DNA of 61,035 nt, the filler included, from Sphacelaria rigidula (Eukaryota): assembly GCA_964200075.2 (NCBI GenBank). It is 4 parts of 4 records of this genome, joined end to end, with 100 filler letters (N's around TTAATTAATTAA, not from the genome) between each part and the next. Parts side by side here need not be neighbours in the genome. Positions count along the whole stretch, not along the records: positions 45,856 to 61,035 come from CAXNAA020001875.1; 3 more parts are not named here. One strand, 5' to 3'. This document shows, in pieces, positions 46,346 to 58,589 of this stretch. A model generated the notes under the pieces. It had not been told where the DNA came from, searched no databases, and saw nothing but the letters and a program-made list of their open reading frames with translations. Within the stretch, counting starts at the first letter, position 1, and each line of letters starts with the position of its first letter. The position numbers and the translations under genes are program-made.

Positions 46346-49233
46346 CTACGGCGGGTTTCCCTGGGACAATCCACTCGCCGACCCACCGCCACCGGAAGCG
46401 GCACCACCGCCGGAGGAAGCCGACATCGGCGGCTTGTACCGAGAGGTGTTAAACTCGCCATTGCTAGTCTTGCGCTTCCGGGGGCGGGGACCGCGCGTCG
46501 ATACTCTTTCGCTGGCCTGGCCTTCGACTCGCTGTGGTGGGAGTAGCGTCTCGTCCCTCGTCAGCGCCCCCCCACGCTGGAGGGACCACTTCGAATGCGG
46601 CATCAGAGTGGACGGCACGGTATAGATCCGCGCGATAGCCATCGTAGATGAGCTCCATCGCTTCGCCATCTTGTTGGTCTCTGGGCATTTAGCGGAAGAG
46701 AGGGCGTACGTGACAAACGCAAACAACACCCCAATGATGTGTCACATGAGACCTCCCGATGAAGTGCAAGTGGATTAAACAGGGGTGATAACGGCACTGT
46801 AATACGCCACACATCACCGTATGGATAAAGAAGGAAAATCCCTTTTCGGCAATTCCATTATCTGCGGCAGCACCAAGAATAGAAGAAGGCTAAGGATGCG
46901 AACGGAATGTTCTTGGGTCTTGTACCGTGCAATTTCCCGGAATGTCTCCAAAACCAACTGTTTTCTGTATCCCTACCTATGCAGAATGTCGGGCTCCCCC
47001 ACCTCGGCACGGAATGCAACAAACGCGCATGCCGTGCATACATCATGTCGACAGGTGAAAGCATAACACAGCATACCAAAGAGATTCAAACTGCAGAAAC
47101 GGACCGGCCGCATTTGCCGACAGTGCACTTCCACTATACGATAGTAGGCACGTAGCAAGCAGGGAAAAAGCGACCCACCACGCACAGTGACGCGTGGATA
47201 GAAGGTTTCAACAGCTTCGTGTTAGCGAACGACCGGACGACGTCAGTACGTCATTACCCATGCCTATCGCTCACGATTGATTACCCTCCTCCTGCTCATA
47301 TTGCACCAGTCATTGGAACCAACGGGGACTATCCCTCGTGAGCGAAATTGCAACTTGCTCACTTTTGGCGGCCGCGAGGACGTGGCGGCAGGGGATTGAT
47401 TCTGTACCGCAAGACGAATCCGCACGAGCACGTTTGTAGATGGCGCTTGCTTCCTCCTCATGCGAACGAAAGGATCACCGTGTGGCATTCTGTGCCGATC
47501 GATACCTTCCACCTGCTGTTCCCGAACGGGGTAACCTTCCACCTGGTATCGAGAAGAACGTTCCAGGTTGATGCGAGAAAAAGAGTAAAGACTTCATTCA
47601 TGCTGCAGAGGTCGACATTACGACACCCTGGACAAAAAATTATATTGTAAAGAAATGTACTGCGTACAGTGTGGAATCCATCGTCTATTGCATTAGGCGC
47701 AATAGTCGATACCGTACGCAGTACACTTTTTGACTGTGTATTCTATTCATTGATTGATTTTTGATTGATTGTTGCACTTTAACTGACCCCCCCAGGGGTC
47801 CAGCCGTGGTCTCGTGATAGACGTACTCAAGAAAAACGGAATTCAAACCCGCTCTAAGGGAAAAAATCTATTGTCCAGAGTGTGGAAATTACACTGAAGA
47901 AAAAGGTGTGCCGGCGATCCTGCGATTGTGGATCCAAATGCGACGGAGGATCAGCACCTCAGGTCATGGACTCGATGGGCGCAAGGACGGCGAAAGGTCC
48001 AATGGCAAACTCGCATGTACCCGTTAGACTCTTTCCTTGTGTCTTCGTATTGGTCGACGGCGAAACGTGTAAATTTGGCTGAAGACCCTTCGCCGTGAGT
48101 AGATTGCTTGTACAGTTTCTCTGCGGTGTGGTCGATGATAGACTCCAACAGCTTCGCAGGCGGCAGTTCTCTCGCCTACGGTAACGGCAAAAGGTTGAGG
48201 AACAAGCGGAAGACACCCACCATAGACGGCGTAACCAGTGAACGGCATCGGTCGGGAAGTGGACAGCGTGGAAAATGTTGAACCGACGTGGGATCGCAAA
48301 GCCAAGGAGCCAACGGCAAAATGCGAGAAGCGAAGAGCCCCGGTACGGGGCAACAAAGTCAGACGCGACATTCGAAGCCTACAAAAACAGCAAGCCGAAT
48401 ACAAGGACAACTGATCGTCTCCCTCTTCTCTCCCCCCGGGATCTGTGGCCCAATGTGGAACGTGTCTCGACCGGGAAGTGTCGAAACTGTGCTCCGCCTC
48501 CACAGAAAAACGTCAAAAAGCAACCAACACGACAACATTCAATCATCTCATTTGCACTGTAGCCATTCACGAGTGTCTTACATTCGCACCAACCATGTTC
48601 ATGGTCGACTCTGCGAGGTTGCTGGTAGTCTGATTCAGCACCACAGTGTCTAATCAAGACGCGTGATGCGTCCACTTCTCCAGTGGCCTTCTCATCAGGT
48701 CGTCGTACGCACGCCGATTGAATGTCTTCACGAAGTGCATCTCGCGATCGAAATAGGCGCGCGTGGGAGCCCTGGCGGCCCGGACGATGGGACCGACGCA
48801 AGTCTGTCGAGGACGGGTGTTGACAAAAGTCAGATTATTTCATGGCCTCAAGTCATGTGCTGCACCCCGCAAACACCCAATATAACGAGGTGTTCCTTGC
48901 TCCCAACATTTTCGCCTCACTTGTTACCTCGACGTTTGTACTCACCGAATCAACCGGCGGGTTGACGACGCCTAGAATGTGCTTCAGACACAGTCAGTGC
49001 TGGGCGGCAGGCACCTCCTCCCGGAGAGACACCGGAATATATGTATGCCCGTCAGTGAAGGCTGTCGTGTCCACAGAAGCGATGAATGTGGCGAACTCGG
49101 CATTCCTCTTGCAATTGTTGAAGAGGAAGCGGTAGCTGTCACCAGACTCCTTGTTGTCGCTGTCTTTGTACGAGAGTGTGAGCATGACGCCGTTCCAAAC
49201 GCCCTTCAAGTGGCCGGCATCCATGCCAAATAA
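46346..49233 (-). pseudogene. Decayed, intron-containing Mutator-like (MULE/MuDR) transposase with SWIM zinc finger
   Basis: GT-AG exons: 48946-49233 (FGMDAGHLKG..TAFTDGH..H*LCLKH), 48582-48803 (AARAPT..EKW..TTSNLAES), 48021-48175 (ARELPPAKLLESI), 47363-47542 (CSC..IPCRHVLAA, SWIM), ~46346-46680 (YDGYRADLY..LLPP..GPRPRKRK). In-frame TGA stops lie at 48994, 48654 and 47458, and a 4-nt duplication frameshift at 47394-47401. Confidence 0.88.
47749..47870 (-). mobile_element. RTE-like LINE 3'-end fragment inserted in a MULE transposase intron
   Basis: (TTGA)n-TTGTTGCACTTTAACTGACCCCCCAGGGGTCCAGCCGTGGTCTCGTGATAGACGTAC, very similar to 24229-24305. Confidence 0.75.
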
Positions 49234-49729
49234 CTGTCGTGGACAACGGCGGGTTTTGTGTTTCGCGCGAGAGACAGGGGGGGGGGGCACCGTGGCACGT
49301 ACTGTAATGAGAAAACGCCCGTGGAAACGAAATATGACAAAAGGGCAATTGGACAAATTGACCTCGCTTTTCCCCCCGATAGATACGGCCACGGGTGATC
49401 GTTGCATTCGGCGGGTACGAGGTGTAGGGTTACGACAGCTCGTGTTCGCTGTGCCGCAAAATCGAAACATGCACACCAACACCCGTCTGCTACGCGAGTG
49501 CTGACTCTACCCCCTGAGGGGAGCGGGGGAAGAAACCGACAGTGATTGCGTTGCCGCCAAATAACAATGGATGGCGCGCTGGTCGTCGAGTCCTTTCTCA
49601 TGTCTGGATGGTATAACGCCCGATAGCGTGTCTCAACACATACACCCGGAGGCGACATATATTCCTCGGAAAGTTATGGTTTGTGCAGGTGCTGATGCAT
49701 CTCGAATAACATCAACACTATCATTAGCA

Positions 49730-49758
49730 CTAACCCTAACCCTAACCCCAACCCCAAC
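49730..49758. repeat. Short interstitial (TAACCC)n telomere-like repeat
   Basis: CTAACCCTAACCCTAACCCCAACCCCAAC. Confidence 0.6.
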
Positions 49759-50998
49759 GAAGGCATACCGAGAACCCTCTGGCAAGGGGGGTGCACAGTA
49801 CTTCATGGGCAAAATGTGCGTTCCCAGACCTCAAATCGGTAGACAAAAATGCGTTCTGCACACGCTAAGAGCACGCAAGGAGCACAGCCCCCTTCAAAGG
49901 ATGCGGGTTTCGGTGTCGACGCTACATTCCAATACTGCACCTGTCCAAAAGCCGTAAATTTCCGCGAACTACATTGAATTACCACCTGGTGAACTCTTCT
50001 ATATTTTCGACCGACAACATGCGGGAAAACAAATGGCGGTCTGACAGGCCCACCGCGTTTACGCTCGTAGCTGGGATCGACTATATTTCATAATCGATAG
50101 TGTGCGAAGAAGGTGAAACACATTTCAGCTGAGATTTTCCGATCGAAAAGTGGCGGTCGAGGGGCACGAACGGGCGTTTCACTTTCATTTCGCAGACCAC
50201 TACGCCAGATAACACCCGTTCACAGAACCTCACACGCTGTATTCAAATAATTCCCAGCTACCACCGCAACTCTGCAGCATACAGCACGAGTTGACTACAG
50301 GTACATATCCTGGAGTGGTTGGGTACGCCTTGTTTGTTTTTGCTGTTGGCGAAGACCTCAGCATCTTCTTACATTCTAGGCACAAAAGAGGGAACTGCCT
50401 TGTAAGAAGGGCAAAGGAGTTGCGTACACGCTCATGGGACAGTCCATCTCACGTCGCATTTTCAGGAGAGACGACATACATTCTGTTCTGCGCCGTTTGT
50501 ACTACACGTCGTCAGCTTCGTCTACCCTCTTGTTCAAAGATCCAAAAATACGAACGAATCTCTCGTAATTTCTGCGAGGGTTGGACGAGTTGTGATTCGT
50601 CTTGGAATTACTCGATTATAGTTGAAGTGATTTGTATCGCACGAATCAATCCTTAGACTCTGTTTTCAGCGTTGGATCCCAGGTGCGCGCAGCCCAAGCA
50701 TGTGGGATGCCGCAGAAATTGTGTGCAGAACGTTTCGATCGGCAGTCAACTTTCTTCTCGATTTCGAGCCATCAGGACTGAGAAAACACGGATTCGGTGA
50801 TTCGAACTGGCGACGATTCGTCCGAACCGTGAATAACTCGCTGTAGTCAAAATTATTTCCATACCTTACGTGTTATTGGAGTGTGCTTGTGCTCGTGTAT
50901 ATTATTTACGATGCGAGGGTATCGATTTCTGTTCCTCAACGTGATTGCGGTGGCGTGGGACCTCAGATATATGGCCGACCAAAATTGAAAACCTTCAA

Positions 50999-51453
50999 GG
51001 TTGTGTTCTGTATGGTACGGGTACGGGTACGTCCTGTAGGGCATGAGATTATTTACTGAACTTCCAGAACCGTCGGGTACCGGTATACAAATCTTACAGG
51101 TATTACAGAACTTGTCGGGCACGGTACGGTAGGTTTACAGAACACCGGTACCGGCAGTCGGGTAACTCTTTTACGGCATACCCGCCCCTCGGTTTAGGGT
51201 AATGTTCATATACAGAAATCACAGAAGCTGTCGTGTAGGGTATCGAGGTTGCACAGAAAACCGTACCCGCAACCGGGTATCTTAGCAAGAGCATATCCGT
51301 GCCCCCCGGTAACGGTACGGGAGGCTCACAGGGATAACAGAACTGTCGGGTACCGGTATGAAAGTCTTCCAGGAGCCACAGAACTGTCGGGTGCGGTGAA
51401 TACCCGGGGGAATACCCCGTGTGAACAGAAGACCGTATCCTACAGAACACACC
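50999..51453. repeat. Non-autonomous element with internal ACAGAAC..GTCGGGTACCGGTA subrepeats and short inverted ends
   Basis: Ends GGTTGTGTTCTGTA / TACAGAACACACC, with about ten ACAGAA-containing subunits. Confidence 0.6.
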
Positions 51454-51729
51454 GTCGATAACCTCATTCGTAAGGGGTTTCCGATGTGTCCCAGAAGACA
51501 TGAATGCCAAAGCCGAGGGTCCATCTCTCGTGCCGTTTTTTGAAGATGGCCGGGGACCGGACCTTGATCGCTCACTGCGCACTCGCCTGTTATCGAGGCA
51601 GGAAACAAACACAGATGCCCTCCGTAGGATTTTCACCTGAGAACCGTCCATGGTACAGAGGGCAGCACCGAGAACATCGGACAGCCCCCCCCCCCCCCCA
51701 CCCCCCCCCCGCCCTCGGCGACCCCCCCA

Positions 51730-52190
51730 ATTTGTCATGATTTTTTTCACCAGTATTTTTCGTCACCTTCATCGCAAGAAATTGATCAACTAACCCTGGC
51801 ACAAAGCGGAAAGTCTGGTGGGCTTTGCGGGGTTCGTACAACTGCTTCTGCTCCTTGCCCGCTCTGTCCCGGCGACATTAGATGCCAGGGGGCAGTTTGT
51901 CGAGAATTATGATACCGACTTTTTTCGCCATATATTTCTGTCAACTTTGTTCCTAGAAATTGATCAATAAACACTGTCTTGATTATTTCATTCATTTTGT
52001 TACAGGAAATTGATCAATGAACGCTGGCAGAAACCGAAAAGTCTGGTGAGATTTGCGCGGTTCGTATATCTGCTTCTGCTCTTTGCCCGCTCCGTGTCCA
52101 TGACCTCAGACGCCGAGCGCATTTAATCGAAAATGAAAATTAGCCTGATTTTTTTCAATATTTTTCTGTTACCTTTGCTGCAAGAAAAAA
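51730..52190. repeat. Imperfect tandem duplication, ~230-bp unit
   Basis: GAAATTGATCAA occurs three times; AAAGTCTGGTG..GGTTCGTA..CTGCTTCTGCTC-TTGCCCGCTC occurs twice. Confidence 0.75.
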
Positions 52191-52419
52191 CCGGTGAAAG
52201 CCAAATCGAGTTTCCAAGAACAGGACTACCGTGTGTGTTTTCGCCAGAATGCGCACGCGGCGGGATGTGGCCAATCAGGCGGCTGCATTAGTAGCTTGTC
52301 TGAGGCGGGCTGTGAGCTATACCGGATGTTGGCGAAAATACTGTCGGTATACCGGTTTTTGGCGATTGCCCCACCTGCATGCAGCAAGATGCCTACATAC
52401 AAGCAGAATCGAAAATATA

Positions 52420-53524
52420 TTAACCCTTTTGGAACTCGCGAAAAGCAATGCAACGTCCCATATGCGAGCTTCCGTCACCGGGAAAACGTCACTTCGTGTT
52501 GGGTGCACGAATCTGTCACATTAGTACACTTGAACTTGGAGTAATTCGCCGTTTTAGTGGGCTGCATGATCGACAGTTGCAGAAAAATACACATATTGTT
52601 CCCAAGAAAACGTCAAATGTAAATCATCATTTTCCCATCAACGGTTCCAAAAGGGTTGACAAAAATATGACAAATTGGCACGTGATAACGTCTACCTGTT
52701 GACCCTTAGACCGCGAGGGTAGTCCATCTGAATCATACATGCTTTTTCCGAGCGGAATTGATCCTGATTCAACAGATGATCTCTCGCCATCTAAGGGTGA
52801 AGCCTTAAACGGCGAGCTTCGCCTCGGAACAGTTTCACGGGCTGACAGTCCAGGGACATTTTGGGGTTTCCTGGTAGACGTTTGCCCTTAACCCTTTTGG
52901 AATCCTGCCCTCCTGTCCCCGGGCCAAACGCCTCATTATGAGAAGCCCTGGCAAAGAGGAAAAGACGGAAGCAGAAAAGACCGACGGCAACCATTTTATC
53001 ATGGAAGATCAAAGAAAAATCTAGTAGCACACGCGGCGCGTGCAGGAAAAGTGTCCTCCCTGGAGAGGTCGGGTGAGGTTTGTTCAATCATATCACGGAA
53101 CGGATGAAGCGTGTCCAATTGTATCCACAGACAATAATTAGCAAAAACACATTGAAACACTCCATTCATAAAATAGCAATGGGTTCCAGGGTCTGGAACG
53201 GCACATCGGTAAATAGGAAACCTTCTTTTGTTCCACTTGTCACTCGCACGGGCTGCAAAATACGCATTGGGTGAATGTTGTTGCGTCTGAGCTGTGAACC
53301 ATCAACAACCATATCTTGCTCAAAAACCGTCAACCGCAAATTGTCAATTTTCCATGGTGAGTTCCAAAAGGGTTAACGCCTTCGCATAATTCGATGCAGA
53401 TGCCCAACATCCACATGATTGTGAAAGAAGGCGTTTTTTCAGCGAGATAAGAGCTGTTCTGAACCCCAAATGTAGCATAGTTCATCTCAGTCCACCTGCG
53501 GGGGGGTCGCTGTCTAACGGTTAA
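52420..53524. mobile_element. Cluster/nest of piggyBac-type non-autonomous elements (TTAA target, CCCT-starting TIRs)
   Basis: TTAA|CCCTTTTGGAAC at 52424 and TTAA|CCCTTTTGGAAT at 52892; GTTCCAAAAGGG|TT(G/A)A at 52655 and 53372. A second TIR type (CCCTTAGACCGCGAG-like) occurs at 52703, 52797, 52802 and 53520|TTAA. Confidence 0.75.
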
Positions 53525-55448
53525 TATAATTAGGCGTGTTGTATCTTGAAGAACATTACAGTAGGTTTGAAGCCAAATTGACGGGCCATGTGCGGGAGGG
53601 TCTCAGTCAAGGGGTTGAACGAATCCTACATACGAGGTTGGAGGTGATGCATCGAAAGCAACACGTACGTCAAGGTGATACCCGAAGCTGGGGTCACCAA
53701 AATACTAGCCTTTCCAACTAACACCGAGACAACGGTCAATCGCGGCTTTATCCATACCAAATGAGAGGCACTGCGTGAAACCTTTCACATGTATGCGCAG
53801 TTGACTATACACACAAGTTCTAGTCGTCACATTCGATTCTCAATGGCTGATGCGCGTGGTCATGAGGCGGATAATGCTTTTGGTATTCTATTGACCATTT
53901 TCCATCAAAGTCGGGATACACGGGTAATTTTACGAGTACAGTGAGATATTTATCACTGAGAAGAGTGATGTTTTGTATGCGTGGTTGCCCGGGAATTTTC
54001 CATCTTTCGACTGCGGGTCTGAATACATGGGACCGATGCGATGGTTGATAAAATGAGCAAAAACGCCGGGGGGGGTTTTCCCATCCGAGGCTTTTGTGGT
54101 GATGGTGAGTGGAGGATCCCTGCAACCTGTGAGCATCGTCGAGGGCGCCGACACACACACAGACACACTGCTCAGCCGTCCCGATCGTTTCAGCATTCGA
54201 AGCTATCTTACGACCCTTACAAGCACTGCCAGAATTTTCGGGTGATATTAGAGGACAAGATTACCATGGTTAAACAAATGCCTGATTCTTGCTCCAGATC
54301 GCCCTCAGATTTGGTCTGCAGATTGCTGATATAATGAACAGCAACGCAATACTCACGCTGGTGATCAACTTACTCTTGATGTAAAGCCACCGAGACACTC
54401 GAAGTGGCCAACAGTGTGTAGTATGGTGTTCGGACGCGCGTTGAAAAAAGTACAATATCCATTCGTCCGGTACCGTTTCAAAGACTTGGCCTGAAATTTT
54501 GAGGGCACTCGTGCATTAACAATTCAGATGTGCCCAGACCGCGAGAAGAGGTGAAATCGAGGAGAGAGATTCGGATATTGTAACCTGAAATAACCCAAGA
54601 GCGAATATTTTCGGGATATGATTTTTTCGTTTGGATTCTCCTGGGTTGACTACGTAATTTTCACTTCGCATTTTCCCTAGAGACTCCACGCTCCAATTCT
54701 TTGAAATGGTAGCAGTGGAGCCGTTCGAAGGTTCTGGTCCTTCTCGCTGGACTCAGGCCAAACAAGCGCTGACACGCAATGCGACGCCCTGCATGCTTTC
54801 CACAGGACCAACCTCGCGCGTGGTTCGGTCGACATCAGTCTTTGTCTGTGGACATTACGTATGCCATGTGATCGTTTTCGTTACAGATAAGCACAGTACT
54901 TGCGCTATTCCCAATATAAAGCATTGGTATCGTATTAGAACATATTGTACTTCCCAGGGTGAAAGTAACACAGCATCGGTCGCGTCTTTTGTCACCATAT
55001 TTTCCAGCTAATACAGTACACATGTATATACAGCAACCTCACGACTCGACGACATATTATACGTTCAGTGCCCTATGCAACCAATTTCTACACACATGCA
55101 ATAATCACTTCCTGAATGACAGCGAAATACCATCGCGGCAGTATTATGTACGATGCCTGTACAGCGGAGGACGTCCTCGTGGCCTATCTCTCGGCAACCT
55201 CAGCAGTACTTTGCGAGCACTCGATATAGTGATACCCTGCTACGCCACCATCAGACCCGCCTCTCCAAGTCAAGGTACATTTGATGATTGGAAGATCCCC
55301 CACCTGCACCCACACTGATCCTCGGGGATGGCTTCCTGCCCTCTGCATTGAGATGCAGTGGTGATACCTGGAAATTATCAAGAGAAATGAGGCTTTGGCG
55401 ATAACCCTCTTCATAACGCATATTTCTCACGTTTTTGTCCGGGGACAG

Positions 55449-56866
55449 TCATATGCGGTGCATCACGAAAGAAAAGACGGCCCTGTTCATCCCCAACGCT
55501 ATCGCCATCATCACGTCTCGAAAGGAGTACATTTTCCGCTCCTTCTGGGATAGGGAAGACGCATTTCGAACGCTGAAGATGTGCCACCAGGCCAGCCTGA
55601 GTCAAGGCTCGGCAGACGAACGTTCTCCAACGAAGGAGTCGTCGTCGAAAGGGGCGTCTACCTTCAGCACGCCTATGAGCAGGTGAACAGGTCGGGCGGT
55701 GTCGAGGATGGAGAGTGACTTACGGTGTGATTTGCTCGTCGTTCTGTTGTTTACGGGATATGGGGTGCGTTTATCTGCTGCTTGTTGTTTGAGGGTCCCA
55801 TTGTGCCAATTTCGCGAAGTTTCGCCAGTATAGGTGTTAATGTCCACGTTTTTGCCCGGTACAAGTACTGTTCCTGAGGTAAGGTGACTCTTCACGGGGT
55901 ACCGCCCGTTTGTTGTGGACGGAAATCTTCGAATGCATATGGTTCCAACTGTCGCGCCCATCGCAAGGTCGGTTTGCACTCTCCGAAATCTACGCCTATG
56001 GGGGGCATCCCCATGCAAAAATATCCCGCATATTGATGTCACGCGCGAAACACGAGCAGCAACAGAGTTGGAGTTGGTGTGGGCCTTAACGACCATAAGT
56101 TCAATGTTCCTGTCTCCTGCCCGATTGTAAATAGAGAACGGACGCCACATGATGACCGACGGTTGAAGAGGCGGAGCAGCAGCGGCCGCAGCAAGGTGGA
56201 TGATAACGGTAAGATACATCAGTTGCATTTATTGCGTGCTTTAGCACCTGTTTCCTACGCTCCAAACCATCCTACGGAGGAGTCGGTAGGTGTGATTGGT
56301 ACGCAAAGCCCTCTATGAGTGATTTCTGCAGACCGACGCCATTTTCGAACAGCTACGCATACTTACAGAGGAAGCCACACCCGACATGTGCATGTCTACT
56401 GAGGGTGTCGTTTTTTTATATGGCAACTATGTGACCATAGGAGCTCGTGTGCACAATCCTTTGAAATTGGCAGCAACCAGGAATATCACTTTACCCTTGA
56501 CCCTCCTGACGACGGTTCAATGACGATTTGCTGTCGACAGCCGACAGCGATGGTGAGGACCGACTTCACCGTGCCGACTCCGGTGCAAGCTTTGTCGTGA
56601 GCTCAGGCGGCAGCAGCGCCTCCCTCTTGAGCACCCCGGGTGTCAGAGATGAAAAACGACGACAATCTGCACCCGCCCGTACCGAAAGCAACGAGGGTGA
56701 TGCAAAGGAGGAGGTGGCTGCTAGTGCAACGGGGGAGCATACGCTGGAGGCTGGCGGAGCCGGCCCACCGAAGGAGCACAAAGCAACGGGGGGGATGGGC
56801 GAGCAGTCTGGGGTGAAGGTGTGCGCTGGAGATGACGGGGGGGACTCCGAGGTGGACGTTCTGGGG
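55449..56866 (+). CDS. GRAM-domain protein (GRAMD1/VAD1/LAM-like), internal exons only
   Basis: Exon 55449-55682 reads HMRCITKEKTALFIPNAIAIITSRKEYIFRSFWDREDAFRTLK, the C-terminal half of a GRAM/PH-like domain. Exon 56548-56866 is a low-complexity S/G/E linker. The GT-AG intron is phase 2 compatible. Flanking exons were not identified. Confidence 0.8.
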
Positions 56867-57166
56867 GTGAGTTTGCATGACATGGGATGCTTCTGTCTGT
56901 CTTCGAGGTTTCGTGTAGTGGGAAGGATGCGCTGTGCAGAGATCGTCTGGGACGAACCGGCATTAGAAGTAAATCCTTAATCTTAAGTGTTCAGCGCATC
57001 CAGCTTCACATGTTGAATGCTCATGCCCGTTTTGTTTTTCTCACGAAAGGTAGCTGACTCCATTCAGTGTGTTGTTTAATGGGGCGTGTGCAACCATACT
57101 TTCATGGACGTGGAGAGCGCTTGTTGTGTGTACGCTGTTGAAATTGAAGTGTATCATTATCTTCAT

Positions 57167-57330
57167 CGATTGATCGATTGATTGCTTTTTGCCATTAACT
57201 GTTCCCGTATCCCCCAGGGATCCAGGGGTGGTCACAAGATAGCGGTACCCATGTACACAAGACGGAACCATTAAATTAAGGAAACTCGAGAAGAAGAGGA
57301 GACAGAAAGAAAAAACAAAAGATTCCAATT
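57167..57330 (-). mobile_element. RTE-like LINE 3'-end fragment
   Basis: (TTGA)n..CCCCCAGGGATCCAGGGGTGGTCACAAGATAG plus an A-rich tract. Confidence 0.65.
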
Positions 57331-58589
57331 TCACTTCGTGAATTGGATTTCTGCTCCGGGTGAAAAACTCGACTCACCGGTTTTTTGCGACTCGGTTTTT
57401 GCGACTTTTTTTTGCTGTATTTCCCACTCCACAATCCCTATTGATTTCGGGTTCTGGGGGAAAACTTTGTCAAACAGAAATCAAAGGCACCTTGCTCCAA
57501 GGGGCACCTGGACACGCAGCAGTTGCTGCTGCCTACCTAGTATCATCCTCCAAATCGAAGTCTTGAATGAGAACGCCTAGCGTGTAGGTGCTTGACGCAA
57601 CCCCTGCCTTCTACCACGGACCCCTCCCCGCGTACCCGACTAGGGAGCAACATCCCCGTACAGACAGTAGCAATGCCAGCGGATTCTACGTCCTGACAGT
57701 CTTGCAGCCGGCAACGTTGTTACGGTGGTGTCCTTCTAGCGATATCAACTTACAGTGCACTGGAGCAGAGTTTGCAGGTGAAAATTTTGGCGATTGCCTC
57801 ACCTGCAGTTGGCCCAGATGTTGCGGATTTTTTCACAATCTCCCTGAGTAACATAACATACATGTGGAAAAGTACCAGACCCTGGACGAAGGTTTCTACA
57901 GTCAGTACGAACACGATGTTGAAAGTGTTCTGCGCACAGTGTGTCGTCTGTGTTGTCGTCCCATCTATTTTGGACGCCGGTCGACACCTCTCGGTGCATG
58001 TGGGCGCACCAGCCGGGGTCACAGGAGGAAGGCTAACGCAGGAGTTTTTTTAGGTAGGCAGCCATTACAGCGGCGGAGGCGGCCTTCCACTCCTGCGTGC
58101 GCCACCTGGGGCAAACGCACGCTAAATTTTCAAAATGTGGCGTAGCGATGTAACGCGTAGCGACGGGTGATATCCCGCGTACACGTTGGCCGAAGGTACA
58201 AGCGGCTGCGTTCATGATGTGGCGAACTGCATAGGACGACGCGAAATCAATGCAGGACAGGGATAGGCCAAGGATGTGACGTCCTGCGGTGTGCTTTCAC
58301 CCTGCACCCTGCCGCTGTGCAGTGAACAGAGGGTACCGCCGAAGGCGTCAGGCTTGCTGCGGGCCCTTGCCAATGTAGGGCGACGGCGATAACACGGACG
58401 CGATCTATGCTTTGATACAACTTTACGCCTCCGTGCAACGACACATCACCATACCCCGGGTGCGTGCGGGAGACCTTTATTTTCGAGCCACTTCTAACAA
58501 GGGCTCAGCCGAAACGACTCCGGTTTCACCGCCGTTATCCAAGACCGCATCGTCACAAACACTGAGATGAATTGGAATTGGAAGCGCCC

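Noticed and set aside
46300..48996. Selenocysteine/readthrough or RIP-like mutation to explain the TGA/TAG/TAA stops in the MULE gene
   Set aside because: Frameshifts and a deletion co-occur, so ordinary decay is sufficient; mutation bias cannot be judged from one copy.
51103..51750. 215-aa minus-strand ORF
   Set aside because: It runs through a subrepeat element and poly-G tracts, with no protein-like features.
50999..52190. CRISPR-like arrays
   Set aside because: The repeats are degenerate and irregularly spaced, the spacers are not unique, the context is eukaryotic and there are no cas genes.
1637..56866. NAPRT + RING + GRAM + RT as one novel gene cluster or defence system
   Set aside because: They lie on four different contigs, and the RT is an ordinary decayed LINE.
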